Shown here piece by piece: positions 47,964 through 60,200 of a stretch of DNA of 64,000 nucleotides; the stretch's first letter is position 1; each line of letters opens with the position of its first letter. The stretch covers positions 10,354,001-10,418,000 of the forward strand of contig NC_047080.1 of NCBI RefSeq assembly GCF_902459465.1, given 5' to 3'. The notes under the pieces were generated by a model. That model ran no database searches, was not told the DNA's origin, and worked only from the letters and a program-made list of their open reading frames with translations. This DNA is from Asterias rubens (Eukaryota). The position numbers and the translations under genes were made by a program.

Positions 47964-48683
47964 GAATTTTTGTGCTTACAGGCTTTATGAAAGTGGGCCC
48001 AGGGTGATTACTCATTCAGATTCTAAATTCCAGAAATTTTGTTGTTCTAAAAAACAACCTTTATTGTAAACTACCAGGAACAATTAGCTTTAGCCTTGAC
48101 TGCCACCATTGACGGGATAAGGAATAAAGTGCACGACAGAAAAGGCTAAATAAATGAAGAACCATGCCATAAACAGGGTTTATGTGACAAGGCCAAGCTA
48201 ATAAATATTGTAGAACTAAAGTTAAAGGGAAGGTATACCTTGAATAATTACTCAAAATAATAATGACCATAAAAACTTACTTGGTTTAAAGGCAGTGGGC
48301 ACTATTGGTAATTACTCAAAATAATTATCCGCATAAAACCTCAATTGGTAACGAGTAATTGGGAGAGGTTGATAGTATAAAACATTGTGAGAAACGGCTC
48401 CCTCCGAAGTGACGTAGTTTTCGAGAAAGAAGTAATTTTCCCTACGAATTTGATTTCGAGACCTCAGATTTAGAATTTGAGGTGTCGAAATCAAGCATCT
48501 GAAAGCACGCAACTTCGTGTGACCATTATGCGACAGGGGTGTTTTTTCTTTCATTAATATCTCGCAACTACGACGACCGATTGAGCTCAAATTTTCACAG
48601 GTTTGTCATTTTATGCATATGTTGAGATACACCAACTGTGAAGACTTGTCTTTGACAATTACCAATAGTGTCCACTGTCTTTA
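47964..48683. repeat. Left copy of a ~720-bp inverted segmental duplication
   Basis: Reverse complement of 58691-59409. The ORF track shows an identical 69-aa ORF (48061-48270 minus, 59103-59312 plus) and a near-identical 92-aa ORF in the two copies. Confidence 0.92.
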
Positions 48684-50015
48684 AAAAGCACTGCTGCTGT
48701 TGATAAGGAGAAACAACTCACTTTAAAGGATTCGGGTACTTTTTCAAAATGTCCACAGGTTTACATTCAACTTACAGGGTTTGAAGATAATGACAGTGGA
48801 AAGCTTCCCTTCAAATATTACTAACTGGGGTTGTGCAGTTTTTAAAAAATTAGTAAAACGAGTCACAAAATAACTTTCGTTGTAAAATGTAAAAAATAAA
48901 TTGAAAGTTGAAAGAAATTTTGAATTTGGTCACAACTGTTTAAACACGATTGAATATTTTGCCAACACTTGGCCGTCCATACCAACCGGAGGGTTTGTTC
49001 ATCAGCAACAGAAAGGTAACAAAACCGAGGCTAAAGGTGCAATAAACTTGTTGGTATAGTGAAAGTCAAATAACTATAGTGTGGCCTTTAATAAAAAGGA
49101 GAGAGTCATGGTAACACAGTGATGATGGTCCACTGTACCTTCTTTCTTTATACAAGGTAGGTTTGATGAGTAAGTCATTTCTAAACTTATTTTGAGCCTA
49201 AATTTCCGAATCTTGTCAAATCAAAATTTATTCAAAACAATTTATAAAAACACAGAACATGAACAAAATTGTGACATATCGATTTGTTGATGGCAGTAAT
49301 ATCAAAGGATAAATAAAATTTACATATGTTTAGTTTACAAAAATTGTAATAATTTGTGTAGTATAATTAACAATATTATTATTAAATGAATACCTTCACC
49401 ATAAACCTTGACGAAACTGAGTCTGGTTCCTTTTTGTGTTTACTATAAAACTAAGTATCATTGTATCGTGTATACAGGGAACCTAACACGGAATCATCAA
49501 GGCCTATATAATTAAAAGGCAATTTTTCGAGAAGGAATAAAATCTATGAGTGTTAAAAAAAAAACCGAAAAAGGCAACTTATGTTTTTCTTCTTGGTACT
49601 GTCAGGGCCCAATTTCATAAAGACTGTAAGCACAAAAAACTTGCTAAGCACAAAAAGGTGTTACTTTACAGAAACAGGTTACCGACCATAACTACATAAT
49701 TTGTATATTGCTGTGACTGGTGCCCCACTCATTATGCTTAGCAAAGACATTTGTCAAGCAGTATTTTCTGTTTAACTGCTTTATGAAATAAGCCCTGGGC
49801 CTAAATTCATAGAGCTGCTGAAGCAGGAAATACGGCTTGCCACATGTCTACTAAGCAGTAATGGGCAGGACACCAGTCACAAATTGTACATGTGACTTGG
49901 TATTTTGGCTGGTAACCTTAATCTGGCAATCATTTATGTTGCTGTGCTTAGCTAATTTGTGTGCTTAAGCAGCTCCATGAAATTGGACCCTGGTAGTAAA
50001 AGAGGTTCAAGGGTC

Positions 50016-50872
50016 TTAGATAGCATTAGCTTCTCTTAGCATCCCTTCCAATTTTCCTTCGTCGTTTAGTTTCTTGATCTCACTTCCTCCTCCGATAAAC
50101 TTCCCCATGATGAAAACTCTTGGAACCTACAAAATAAGAAAGAGAAAGAAAAGCAAATCTTCAATTGCTTCGTCCTTTGGATGAGATGTAAATCCATGGG
50201 TCCTGTGTGTTGTGTAATGTCCACAACCAAAACAGCACCCAGTTAAGATTGATCCTAAGCAGAAGAGGTTTGCCCCTGTGTTTCTGAAAGTCGCTGATGA
50301 AAGCACCACAGTATCCGATGAACCTTTTTTAAGGTGCTTCAAAAATAATGGTCTCATAACCTAATTTGTTTAAAACTATCTTAAGGTCGAGTCACACTGC
50401 GGCAATAACGAAAACGATAACAATCACGACGCAAAGAGAACGCATTCTTTTGGTTGAATTGCTCCACGAAGAATACGCACAAGTTCATTCAACCAATAGA
50501 ATGCGTTCGCTTTGCATTGTGATCTTTATCGTTTTCGTTATAGCTGCAGTGACTCAGCCTTTAGAATGCCTCTGCTAGTTCTAGAGACTGGTAAAAAAAA
50601 ACCAGGCTCCAAAGAAAGACTTCACTCACCGTTGTTGCTCCAGTCATCCTCCCAAGCACCCCCTGGATACGCGTCCCATCCTCACGTTGGTTAAGTTCAA
50701 TCGTTTCATAGTTTGCGTTGTGTTCGTCCAGCGCCCTCTTGGCCATAGCGCAGTATGGACACGTCGTCTTTGAGAATACGACGACTGTTTTGTCGTGGAT
50801 GATGTCTTGTACTAACTTTCCTTCTGGTGAGTCTAAAGAGACTTGAGTGACGGGCGAGAACAAATTACCCAT
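50016..50872 (-). CDS. Dithiol glutaredoxin (GLRX2-like, CPYC active site); 2 coding exons, 117 aa from MGNLFS
   Basis: Exon 50872-50630 (MGNLFS...VVVFSKTTCPYCAMAK...RMTGATT) and exon 50126-50016 (VPRVFIMGKFIGGGSEIKKLNDEGKLEGMLREANAI stop). The TVP motif spans the splice junction and the GG motif is present. A splice acceptor (ttttccag) lies 7 nt upstream of the ATG, so a further 5' exon exists. Confidence 0.93.
50383..50562. mobile_element. Palindromic MITE in the glutaredoxin intron
   Basis: AGTCACACTGCGGCAATAACGAAAACGATAAC...AGAACGCATTCTTTTGGTTGAAT is mirrored by ATTCAACCAATAGAATGCGTTC...ATCGTTTTCGTTATAGCTGCAGTGACT. Confidence 0.7.
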
Positions 50873-53800
50873 TCTGATGCTGGAAAAGATTGTAAAAAAG
50901 GATAGCTGCTTAGAATAGTGAAACAAAAACTAACTCACTGAGCTACCATAACTGTACATGTATGTAAATCTACCTTAGGGAACGTTTTGGTCTAGCAGTT
51001 TGACATAGCACAATATTTAGACTGAGCTTGTTTTGTGCAAATGGTGATTTTTGAGTGGTAATGATAAAACAAAATTTGCATTTTACTTTGCTGTACATAG
51101 CAAGGGAAATCGTTTGAGACGTCCCGACCACACGCCAGGTCTTTTCACTGAGCTAAAAATCCTCCAAAAGAGATTTATTCATGATTGTACCTGCAAGTGC
51201 AAGTTACTCGATTAGTTTAAGTTAGTTAGGCCTAACGCCTACTTCTTATTCTAGCTCACAAATTGGTATTTATTATAATGAACTTTTCATGTCTCCTGTA
51301 CAATCTTTATATATTATTTTATAAAACATCTGTTTTCATAAACAGGATGACATCATTGTTTGGAATTTAATCTAGCTAGTGGTGTACATTATTTACTGAA
51401 AAAGTAGTACGATTGCTAAGTTTTCATTTGTATCAAATAGGCCTAATGATACAATTTTTTGGTAAAAAAAAGAGTAAAAAATCTGAAAAAGTATGAAAGC
51501 ATCGACTGTATGAGCAGCCATCAAACAAAGTATAGGACAAAAACTACGGATAACTTTCCGTATGGCCACTTTTTCACTCATTTTTACAAAAAGGGATATC
51601 TCATTGAGGAAACTTAGATAGTATTATTATTTTATACCGAATGAAAAAGTGGTGGCGCCATACGGAAACTTTTCCAAAACTACTACTAGCCTACCCAACG
51701 GCTCTCTTTTAACATCGGTCTCATCACAGACTTTGTGTTGTAATGGCGACGGTGTGATGAGACTGATGTTTATGATAAAAGAGAGCCATTAACAGCTCAA
51801 CAGGGTGGGCTAAAAAAAGTAATAAAACAATAAAACTACATACCTGTTTCTGGTTCTGCTGTAGAAGACAAACAAAACGGCAGTTGTAAAACACACAGCA
51901 AGGTAAATGTTCTACCATATGTTGCTAATAACACACACCGTCATGTGACTATCACAGTATCAGGAAGACCACAACACACAATGCAAGCAATGCTGATGTG
52001 TATTGTATTGCAGGACGGCACTCGACCTTGCGACGGTCAATGCAAGTTGTGTCGCAAGTTGCACTAGTTCTAGAGCTGACTATGAAGTGTCAAACCAAAC
52101 GATGGTGGAATTGAAGGGTTTTGCGTAAATGGTCCAAATACCATTCCAAGGTCACAGGTGGGCACAATATGTAGAATTAATGAATGTCTAAATAAAGGAT
52201 GAAAAGATAGTTGTGAAGGTGGTCACACTCACACGCACACTCACAGCTGATTCTGCTGGGATTCTGGACTTTTTGGTTGTAAACATTAGGACGCCCTCAA
52301 GAGGGCCTATACATAGGCCCTTTTCGAAACCATGGCTATGTACACACGGGGAGGGACACAGCAGGTAGAAGACGACCGTGTTTTGATTGGCAAGTGATCG
52401 ATATGTTACTGCAATCCAAAGACTGTCCAATGAAACCACTGGATCTGAAAAGCAGGTACCTGTCCTCATCCTTGCGGATAATACAGGGGCCCAGTCTAGT
52501 CTATACTCAACACTTAAAAATCGACAAAGGAAGCTTATAGTTCTTATAATGCTTTCAACTTTGTTTTTCAATAATATTAAATATAATATACAGGTTGAAT
52601 TTGATGCAGATTTAGCCAAATAAATTAATTAGCCTAATTTTGTTGAGATTGCTCATTGCCCACGTGACACGAAGAATATTCAAATTATAATCTGTGCCAT
52701 TTTATCGGATATTTCAATGGAAGTCTAAGTATGAAGAGTATTGCAAAACAAATTCCAAGTTGACCCTCCAAGTTGAGTCAAAATCTCATGTCAAATAGTG
52801 TATACTATAGCTCTGAGAATGGCTACATAACTTATCAATCACTGACAGCATTTCAACAACTTATTCCATAAAATTCAGAATGTAATGTAATAACTTCTTG
52901 TTGAGAGCCCATCAGCAGTGATGCCTTGAAGACCTGGGCCCAATTTCATGGAGCTGCTTATCACAAAAATTTGCCGTGCACAAAAATTTCTTCCTTGATA
53001 AAAACAGGATTACCAACCTAATTTCCACGTGATTTTCAGGATAGGCAAACAACACCTGAATACCGGTGACAAGAAATATGCAACAAATGGAAATTTTGTT
53101 GGTAATCCTGTTTTTATCAAGGAAGAAATTTCATCCTAAGGAAATTTGTGTGCTTAGCAGCTTTATGAAATTGGGCCCTGATGTGCACATAATTATCTCG
53201 GAGCCTTCTCGAGTTGCCATCATCAAGGCATCACCGCTCCTCAAAAAGGGATACAGGGCACCGAGTAGATCTGAACCACGACAACGTGCTTAGTTTAGGA
53301 ATTTTGTCAAAGGAAATTGATTTATACAATTAATAAGCATTTCTTCAAACAGTGTTGCCGCTTTGACATTCACATTGCTCTGTGAGAAGTTCAAAATTAA
53401 TAGTCTTTAACGGGAATTGTTTTTCATGTAATGTCTGCATAGCTGGATCGCCAGGATATGAAACCTTTTTTTGACACCGTCTTTCATTACAATCTCAACA
53501 AGGAAATTTGATTTTTTTTTTCCAGTTTCTTTTTACAAATCATGTTTAACATCGTCAAATTAATACAAGGACATGTTTATAAAACGGATGTTGACAACAA
53601 TAGAAAAGGTCTGTGAATTATTAAGAGCAAGCCAAGAAAAACAAAAACATTATTTTTGGCATTAGCCTTGTATATAGAGAAAAAAAATGTTTGGCAACCA
53701 GCCTACATGTTATTTTTGGTGACAACTAATGTTAAGTTAAATGGACGTTTGAATTATAAAAAAAGGGGTGAAGGTTTAAACAAAAGTTTCGTAACTCCTT

Positions 53801-55681
53801 TTTATAATGGAGTTTGTCATACAATAGTTTCTTCTCTGAACTTAGAGCTTTGAAATTGAAATAACACATTTCCAAAGACAAAAACAAATTTTAATCGAGT
53901 TAACTGCCCATTAATTGTAAATTCCATAGATTCTTCTCAGACCCACCAACCGCTCCAGAGAGATCTATCTAAAAGTGAGTGTTACTATATACTCCAAATT
54001 TCGTATGTTTAGTACATTTCCACCATGCAAACCTTTAATACAAACTACAAGGCTTATAAATTGTCTGGTAAATTGAGATTTTCTTCCGATTTCACATCTT
54101 AAGATTCACTTCTCACAAAAAATAGTGTCAATTCATAATAATTTTATAATTTTAGGAAGTTTCTTGTTGGCTACTTTCTTTGATGGGGTTTGCGTGATGG
54201 ATTTTAAAACATGTTCTTGAAACATTTTGTAACTTCTCAGTGTTTTGGAGGTTTTGTGGAAATAAATATTTTCGAGGCATATGTTATACAAACAAAAACC
54301 GCACCATCGTTTTTTTCTCTTCAAATCAAAACCGAAAGAACTTGAGGAACAAAGGAAGAACTATTAACCAGCCGGACATGTATATAACTGTTCATATGAA
54401 AAAACAGATGTGGAATTTCCCTTTTTAATACCGCAGGGCCCATTTTCAAGGTCGAGTGGGCACTATCGGTAAATACTGAAAATAATTTTTGGAGGTTTTG
54501 TGGAAAAAAAGAGAAAAAAAATAACACTGTATGGTTTCCCTAACTTGTCCGTGCTGACAATAACACACTGGTGTTTGATTTTTGTGTTTGATTGTCCATC
54601 CCATGTAGTTTTGCTTTGAGGAAGTAATCACAGTTATATTATATTGTATATTACCGATTCAATAACTTCTATTGTTCTTGTGTTTCACCAAAGACCAACA
54701 AACATCAGAGTTTCCGCACTTATATTCAGAAGTTCACCCAGGGATAGATTTCACAAAGAAATAAGATTGATCACTAAAGTGCAATTCACACGACAGAAAT
54801 TTAACTGGGGTCCCTTGCTTAATTCCATCCAGGAAACATAACAAATTTAACGAGTCTCTTAACTCACGTTTAACATGGTAAAAATGGGTTTTTCTCCAGA
54901 ACGCTCCAAGCCAAATTTCTGAAAAACGTGGGGTCAAACAAACCCGCGCGTAAAAGGAATCGTGACGTCAGTGGCGGCTATTTGGTGTGGAAATGCCAAA
55001 GCTGGAGAACTGTGTTCAAAACCAATAGGGGAAATTCGTCACTGGCGTCCAGGGTCATTATAATAGATAACCCGGTTTCGACTCTCGGCTGAAAAAGCTG
55101 CGCGGCCTGGTGCATTTTTGACTCGAGTTATTTATTACTAAATGCAAATTTTGAGAGTAAAATGGTTATTAACCGGTATCTGCGATGTCTATTTGGCCAT
55201 CAAAAGGTAATAGTTGACATATTGAGATCATCCTTTATCTTTAAGCACAAAATAGCTGGCATCCTGTTCACTTTCCTTAAAACAGGAAACCATCTAGCAA
55301 TATTTTCTGCTTTATATAAAAGCAGCTTGTTCAAATTGGGTTCATATTACGGCAACAATGCAGCAGTAGCAACACACTCGTATGCCATAAACGCACAAAG
55401 CAACAGTGAGAGCCAATTTATTTATCAAATGGATATGACGCACGTCTATTAGTCTATAAGGCTTTATTCATTAAAGGTGTCTTATAAAAGTAAGTTGATG
55501 TTTCAATTGTTTCAATTTGGTTAGAGCAAAACTGTATTGCATACTTGACACAAACTAATAATTATAGTGACGAACCATTTTTCGCAATGTGCATAATTAT
55601 TAAATATGACACTTGTTCAATAAAAGCTGGGGTATGTGCTCATAATTATTCAGCTCGCATCTTTTTTTTTATATTATTATT

Positions 55682-56186
55682 CATAAATACCCCAGACAGT
55701 TTCTCTACTCCTATTGGTGGAGAGCGCGTCACGTGGGGGTATTTAAACGGTTGATAAAGACACAGCTGAAGCTGTTTAAGACCGGCTGGCTTCCGCGTGT
55801 CGGGCGCGCGCGCGCAAGATTATCACGCGGAACGCAATTCATAGTTATACAGCGCGTAATATATGTAGGCGCGCGCGTAATCTATTTATAAGCGCGCGCG
55901 TACACACAACCCACGCGCATCAAACATCTTCATAAAGTTTTTGAAAAAAATATTTTAAACCTCGAATTTTCAATTGTCAAAGTGTCTATAATGGTATTTT
56001 GTTTAACGTTTTTTTAACAAAAGGGCATTAATGAATGGGAATAGTGACTCGTTCTTAAACGTCCGTTTAAAACCTTGCAGGGTCGTTGCCTTGCGATAAA
56101 AGCCCTCGCCTTCGGCTCGGGCCTTTATTGCACGGCAACGACCCTGCCGGTTTTAAACGGCCTCTACACTTTTATTCCCTTATTAA
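55682..56186. mobile_element. CpG-rich dispersed repeat with a 71-bp internal hairpin
   Basis: Inverted homologue of 10090-10915. It retains long (CG)n runs and a hairpin at 56077-56147. Confidence 0.8.
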
Positions 56187-57272
56187 GCTCTCTCCTTCTT
56201 CACTCTGACTTTTTAGTAACTGAACTTTTGGTCAGTAAAAGACACTTTTGATGTTTCAGCAATTGAACACAAACGTTTTGCTTCGATTCGGGGTATCCCC
56301 CTTCTGATTCGCCTTGTCCAAGGCTCTTTACGCAAGCACCGGCCCGCTCTGACTTCACGAAATGCATAGATACTATACCGCACGACACATAACAGTACTT
56401 GATAACGCGGGGTTGAGGCATGGCTTTATACGAGGTATCAACGAGGTTACAAAACGAGGCTACCTTATTGATGAGTCACCTTCATCAAAATGTAGTCACA
56501 ATCGAAATCACTCATGGCTGACTTGTTCTGTGAAAGACATGTTTCTGTTAAAGGCATGTGGACAGTATTAGTAGTTGCTTAAAATAATGTTTAGCATAAA
56601 AACTTACCTGGTACAAGCTGAGAGACCTGTTGATAGTATGCATATGTGAGAAATAGCCCCATAAACCCCAAATCTGAAGTAACCTAGTTTTTGAGAAAGA
56701 GGTAAATTCTCACTCACATAATAAAAGACGTCAGCTGAAGCCTTTATGCATCTGAAAGCACACAAAGTATAACGCAACAAGGGTGTCATCTCTTTCATTG
56801 GTCTCTTGTCAATTCGATGACCATATAAGCCCAAATTTACACAGGTTTGTGATTTTATGCATATGTTTGGATACAGCAATTGAGAATACTAGTCTTTGAA
56901 AAATAATATTACCAAATGTGTCCAGTGCACCTTTAACTGAAATGCTGCATCATGTGCGGATGAATATATGCATGGTGACATGAAAATGTGTAAATAGGAC
57001 AGGAATGTGCATGCGTTTACACAGGGTTCGAACATTCAGCAATGGCATAGAGCTTGACATCTGAAGTGTTTACTCCATTTGCAGTAAGCGGATAAGTTTA
57101 TTCATCCGGAATTTAGTAGATGCTTTTACTGAATGCTTCTACTTAGAAGTTGATGCTTTTACGTTTTGCTAATACTTTTCAGTATTCTACTACTTTTTAT
57201 TCATACGACATATTGATCCAGCCAAGTTTAAAGTCACTGTTTTCTGATCTAAAAGAAGCAACTCGTAAAAAG

Positions 57273-60200
57273 ATGTCATCGTCATCCGTCAGTGCAGCAG
57301 CCATCATCATTGTTGTCACTGTCACTGTGTCGTTGTCACCGATTGTGTCATCGGGTAACCAACTGAATGAACCACAGCACAATGACTATGACAGGTCATG
57401 TTTTGTCCCTCCTTCCCAACACGACGACTCAAAGCCGGTAAATATTACATCAATTCTCTAACTCTTTACACTTTTTTTGGCTAATGGACCGTAAACGAGG
57501 CAACGAAACCGATTTCCTCCAAGTCCCATGCCGTCGATTTCACCAAACTCTTCCTAACTTATTATTAATATTAAAGCCATTATACAACTTATATTTAAAA
57601 TAACAAACCTGTGAAAATTTTGGTTCAATCGGTCATCGGAGTCGGGAGAAAATAACGGGAAAACCCATTCTTGTTTCCGCGCGTTTCGCCGTGTCATGAA
57701 ATGTGCTAAAATAAATCCGTTATTCTCGCTAACGAGAATTTATATTGTTTTAATGTTTTCTCAAAAAGTAAAGCATTTCATGGAACAATATTTCAAGCGA
57801 AGTCTTTTACCATTACATTCTTTAAACCCTTTAAATTATTTGTAAATCTGTGAATTTTTTTGTTTCTGTACCGAAAGTGTATAATGGCAGTGATGGTAAT
57901 TACTCAACATAATTATAACCATAAAACCTTTGGAACGAGTACACGGGGAGCTGGTTGATAGTATAAAACTCTGTGAGAAACGGCTCCCTCTGAAGTAACG
58001 TAGTTTTCGAGAAAGCAGTAATTTTCCACGAATTTGATTTCGAGACCTCAAAATTAGACTTTGAAATCAAGAATCTGAAAGCATTCTCGTCCTAACTCAA
58101 GATAGGATTAATCCTATAGCGTTCGTAAAATCGGCTTCGGGTCATTGCCTTGGTGCCCTTCAAATGCTCCAGAAGAAACTGACAATTTTCCTCATAGGGT
58201 TTCGGTACCCTTTTTAAAGGAGAAAATGCCCTGACGCCATGTGCCCTTTCAAACACGAAGCACGACAGGCTTGGTATAATCATATTTATCAGAGTAAACG
58301 AACGCTGAACAGATTCAACCCGGAAATTGAGCGACAAAAACAAGGTTTCAGCTCTGCAGCCAAAATGAAAGGGAAGCCATTTCTGCGAGTTAGATTTGAA
58401 TGATGTCTGGTGCAATGACTTGTTTGGTCACAAGTTTTGGCTTACATTTGAATTGTTCAGACTATAGAGACCGTTGCTATGTCAAATAATGTGGGCAAGC
58501 TTTTGTATAGCAACCGTCAGAAGAGCTGACACTAACCATTGTGAGTGGTGACCTATGGGACAATTACATTGACGCGGTAACGCTTTTTAGATACAAATGT
58601 TGGCATATAGCCCTGTGACCACTCTGCATAAATTGAAATGTTTCTCAAAAGGCTTTTTAAATACTGTATGTTTCTTTAGTGCCATGAACGTAAAGACAGT
58701 GGACACTATTGGTAATTGTCAAAGCCTAGTCTTCACAGTTGGTGTATCTCAACATATGCATAACATAACAAACCTGTGAATTTTGAGCTCAATCGATCGT
58801 CGAATTTGCGAGATATTAATGAAAGAAAAAACACCCCTGTCGCATAATGGTCACACGAAGTTGCGTGCTTTCAGATGCTTGATTTCGACACCTCAAATTC
58901 TAAATCTGAGGTCTCGAAATCGAATTCGTGGGGAAAATTACTTCTTTCTCGAAAACTACGTCACTTCGGAGGGAGCCGTTTCTCACAATGTTTTATACCA
59001 TCAACCTCTCCCAATTACTCGTTACCAATTGAGGTTTTATGCGGATAATTATTTTGAGTAATTACCAATAGTGCCCACTGCCTTTAAACCAAGTAAGTTT
59101 TTATGGTCATTATTATTTTGAGTAATTATTCAAGGTATACCTTCCCTTTAACTTTAGTTCTACAATATTTATTAGCTTGGCCTTGTCACATAAACCCTGT
59201 TTATGGCATGGTTCTTCATTTATTTAGCCTTTTCTGTCGTGCACTTTATTCCTTATCCCGTCAATGGTGGCAGTCAAGGTTAAAGCTAATTGTTCCTGGT
59301 AGTTTACAATAAAGGTTGTTTTTTAGCACAACAAAATTTCTGGAATTTAGAATCTGAATGAGTAATCACCCTGGGCCCACTTTCATAAAGCCTGTAAGCA
59401 CAAAAATTCCCTTTATAAGACGAGTTCTTTTGTTGGTGTTTGTTCCAACAGTTTATGTCCGTGGACATTTCTTATCCCCCTATGGACCCAGAAATGCAAG
59501 ATGACTTTCAGGACTATAAAATATTGGCAATTCCTAACGGGACATGTAAGTATATTTACCGTATACAGACATTATACATACATAGGCCTGTCAGCATGGG
59601 TCGATTTCACAAAGGTAGTCCTATCTTAGGACTAGTCCTAAGCAATGCTTAGAGATAGGACTGGTCCTAAGTTTAGGACCAGTAACTCATCCTAACTTAG
59701 GACTGGTCCTATCTCTTAGCATTGACTAGGACTAGTCCTAAGTTAGGACTACCTTTGTCAAATCCACCCCTAGTGCCTTTTTCTTAAGGTTAACGCCTAT
59801 AACAGAAGTTGCAACAAAAAGTCCGAACTCAAGATGCTCCTATGTAAAATCAAATAAAACAATATTTCTGTGTATTAATTCGTCTTACGTACAGCTTTTG
59901 TAATTGTCCAAGTGTAGTTGCATGACGAAGATGTGATGGTAATAAGTTCCATACATTTTGGAGGCGCATCATAAAATGTACGTTCGCAGCTCGTATGTTC
60001 AGCCAAGAGGTTCTCTGAGGAAGAGCGTAGGGAACGCGGTTGTACATAATGTAATAATATTGATGATGTACCGTGGTTGAGTTTTGAAAATCTCAACAAG
60101 TTTCCGAACACCCCCTTTTGTCGCGTGTCGTGGCCGAATGGTTAAGAACACCAGACTCAAGCTCTGGTGTTTCTGGTCAGTAGAGTGTGGGTTCAGGTCC

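Noticed and set aside
52188-52619. 143-aa minus-strand ORF as an upstream glutaredoxin exon or a separate gene
   Set aside because: No similarity to glutaredoxin or any family I recognise, and no convincing splice pair.
47964-59409. A single 11.4-kb transposon with 720-bp terminal inverted repeats that captured the glutaredoxin gene
   Set aside because: There is no target-site duplication at the outer ends and no transposase inside, and the outer boundary falls within another MITE. I kept it only as a segmental inverted duplication.
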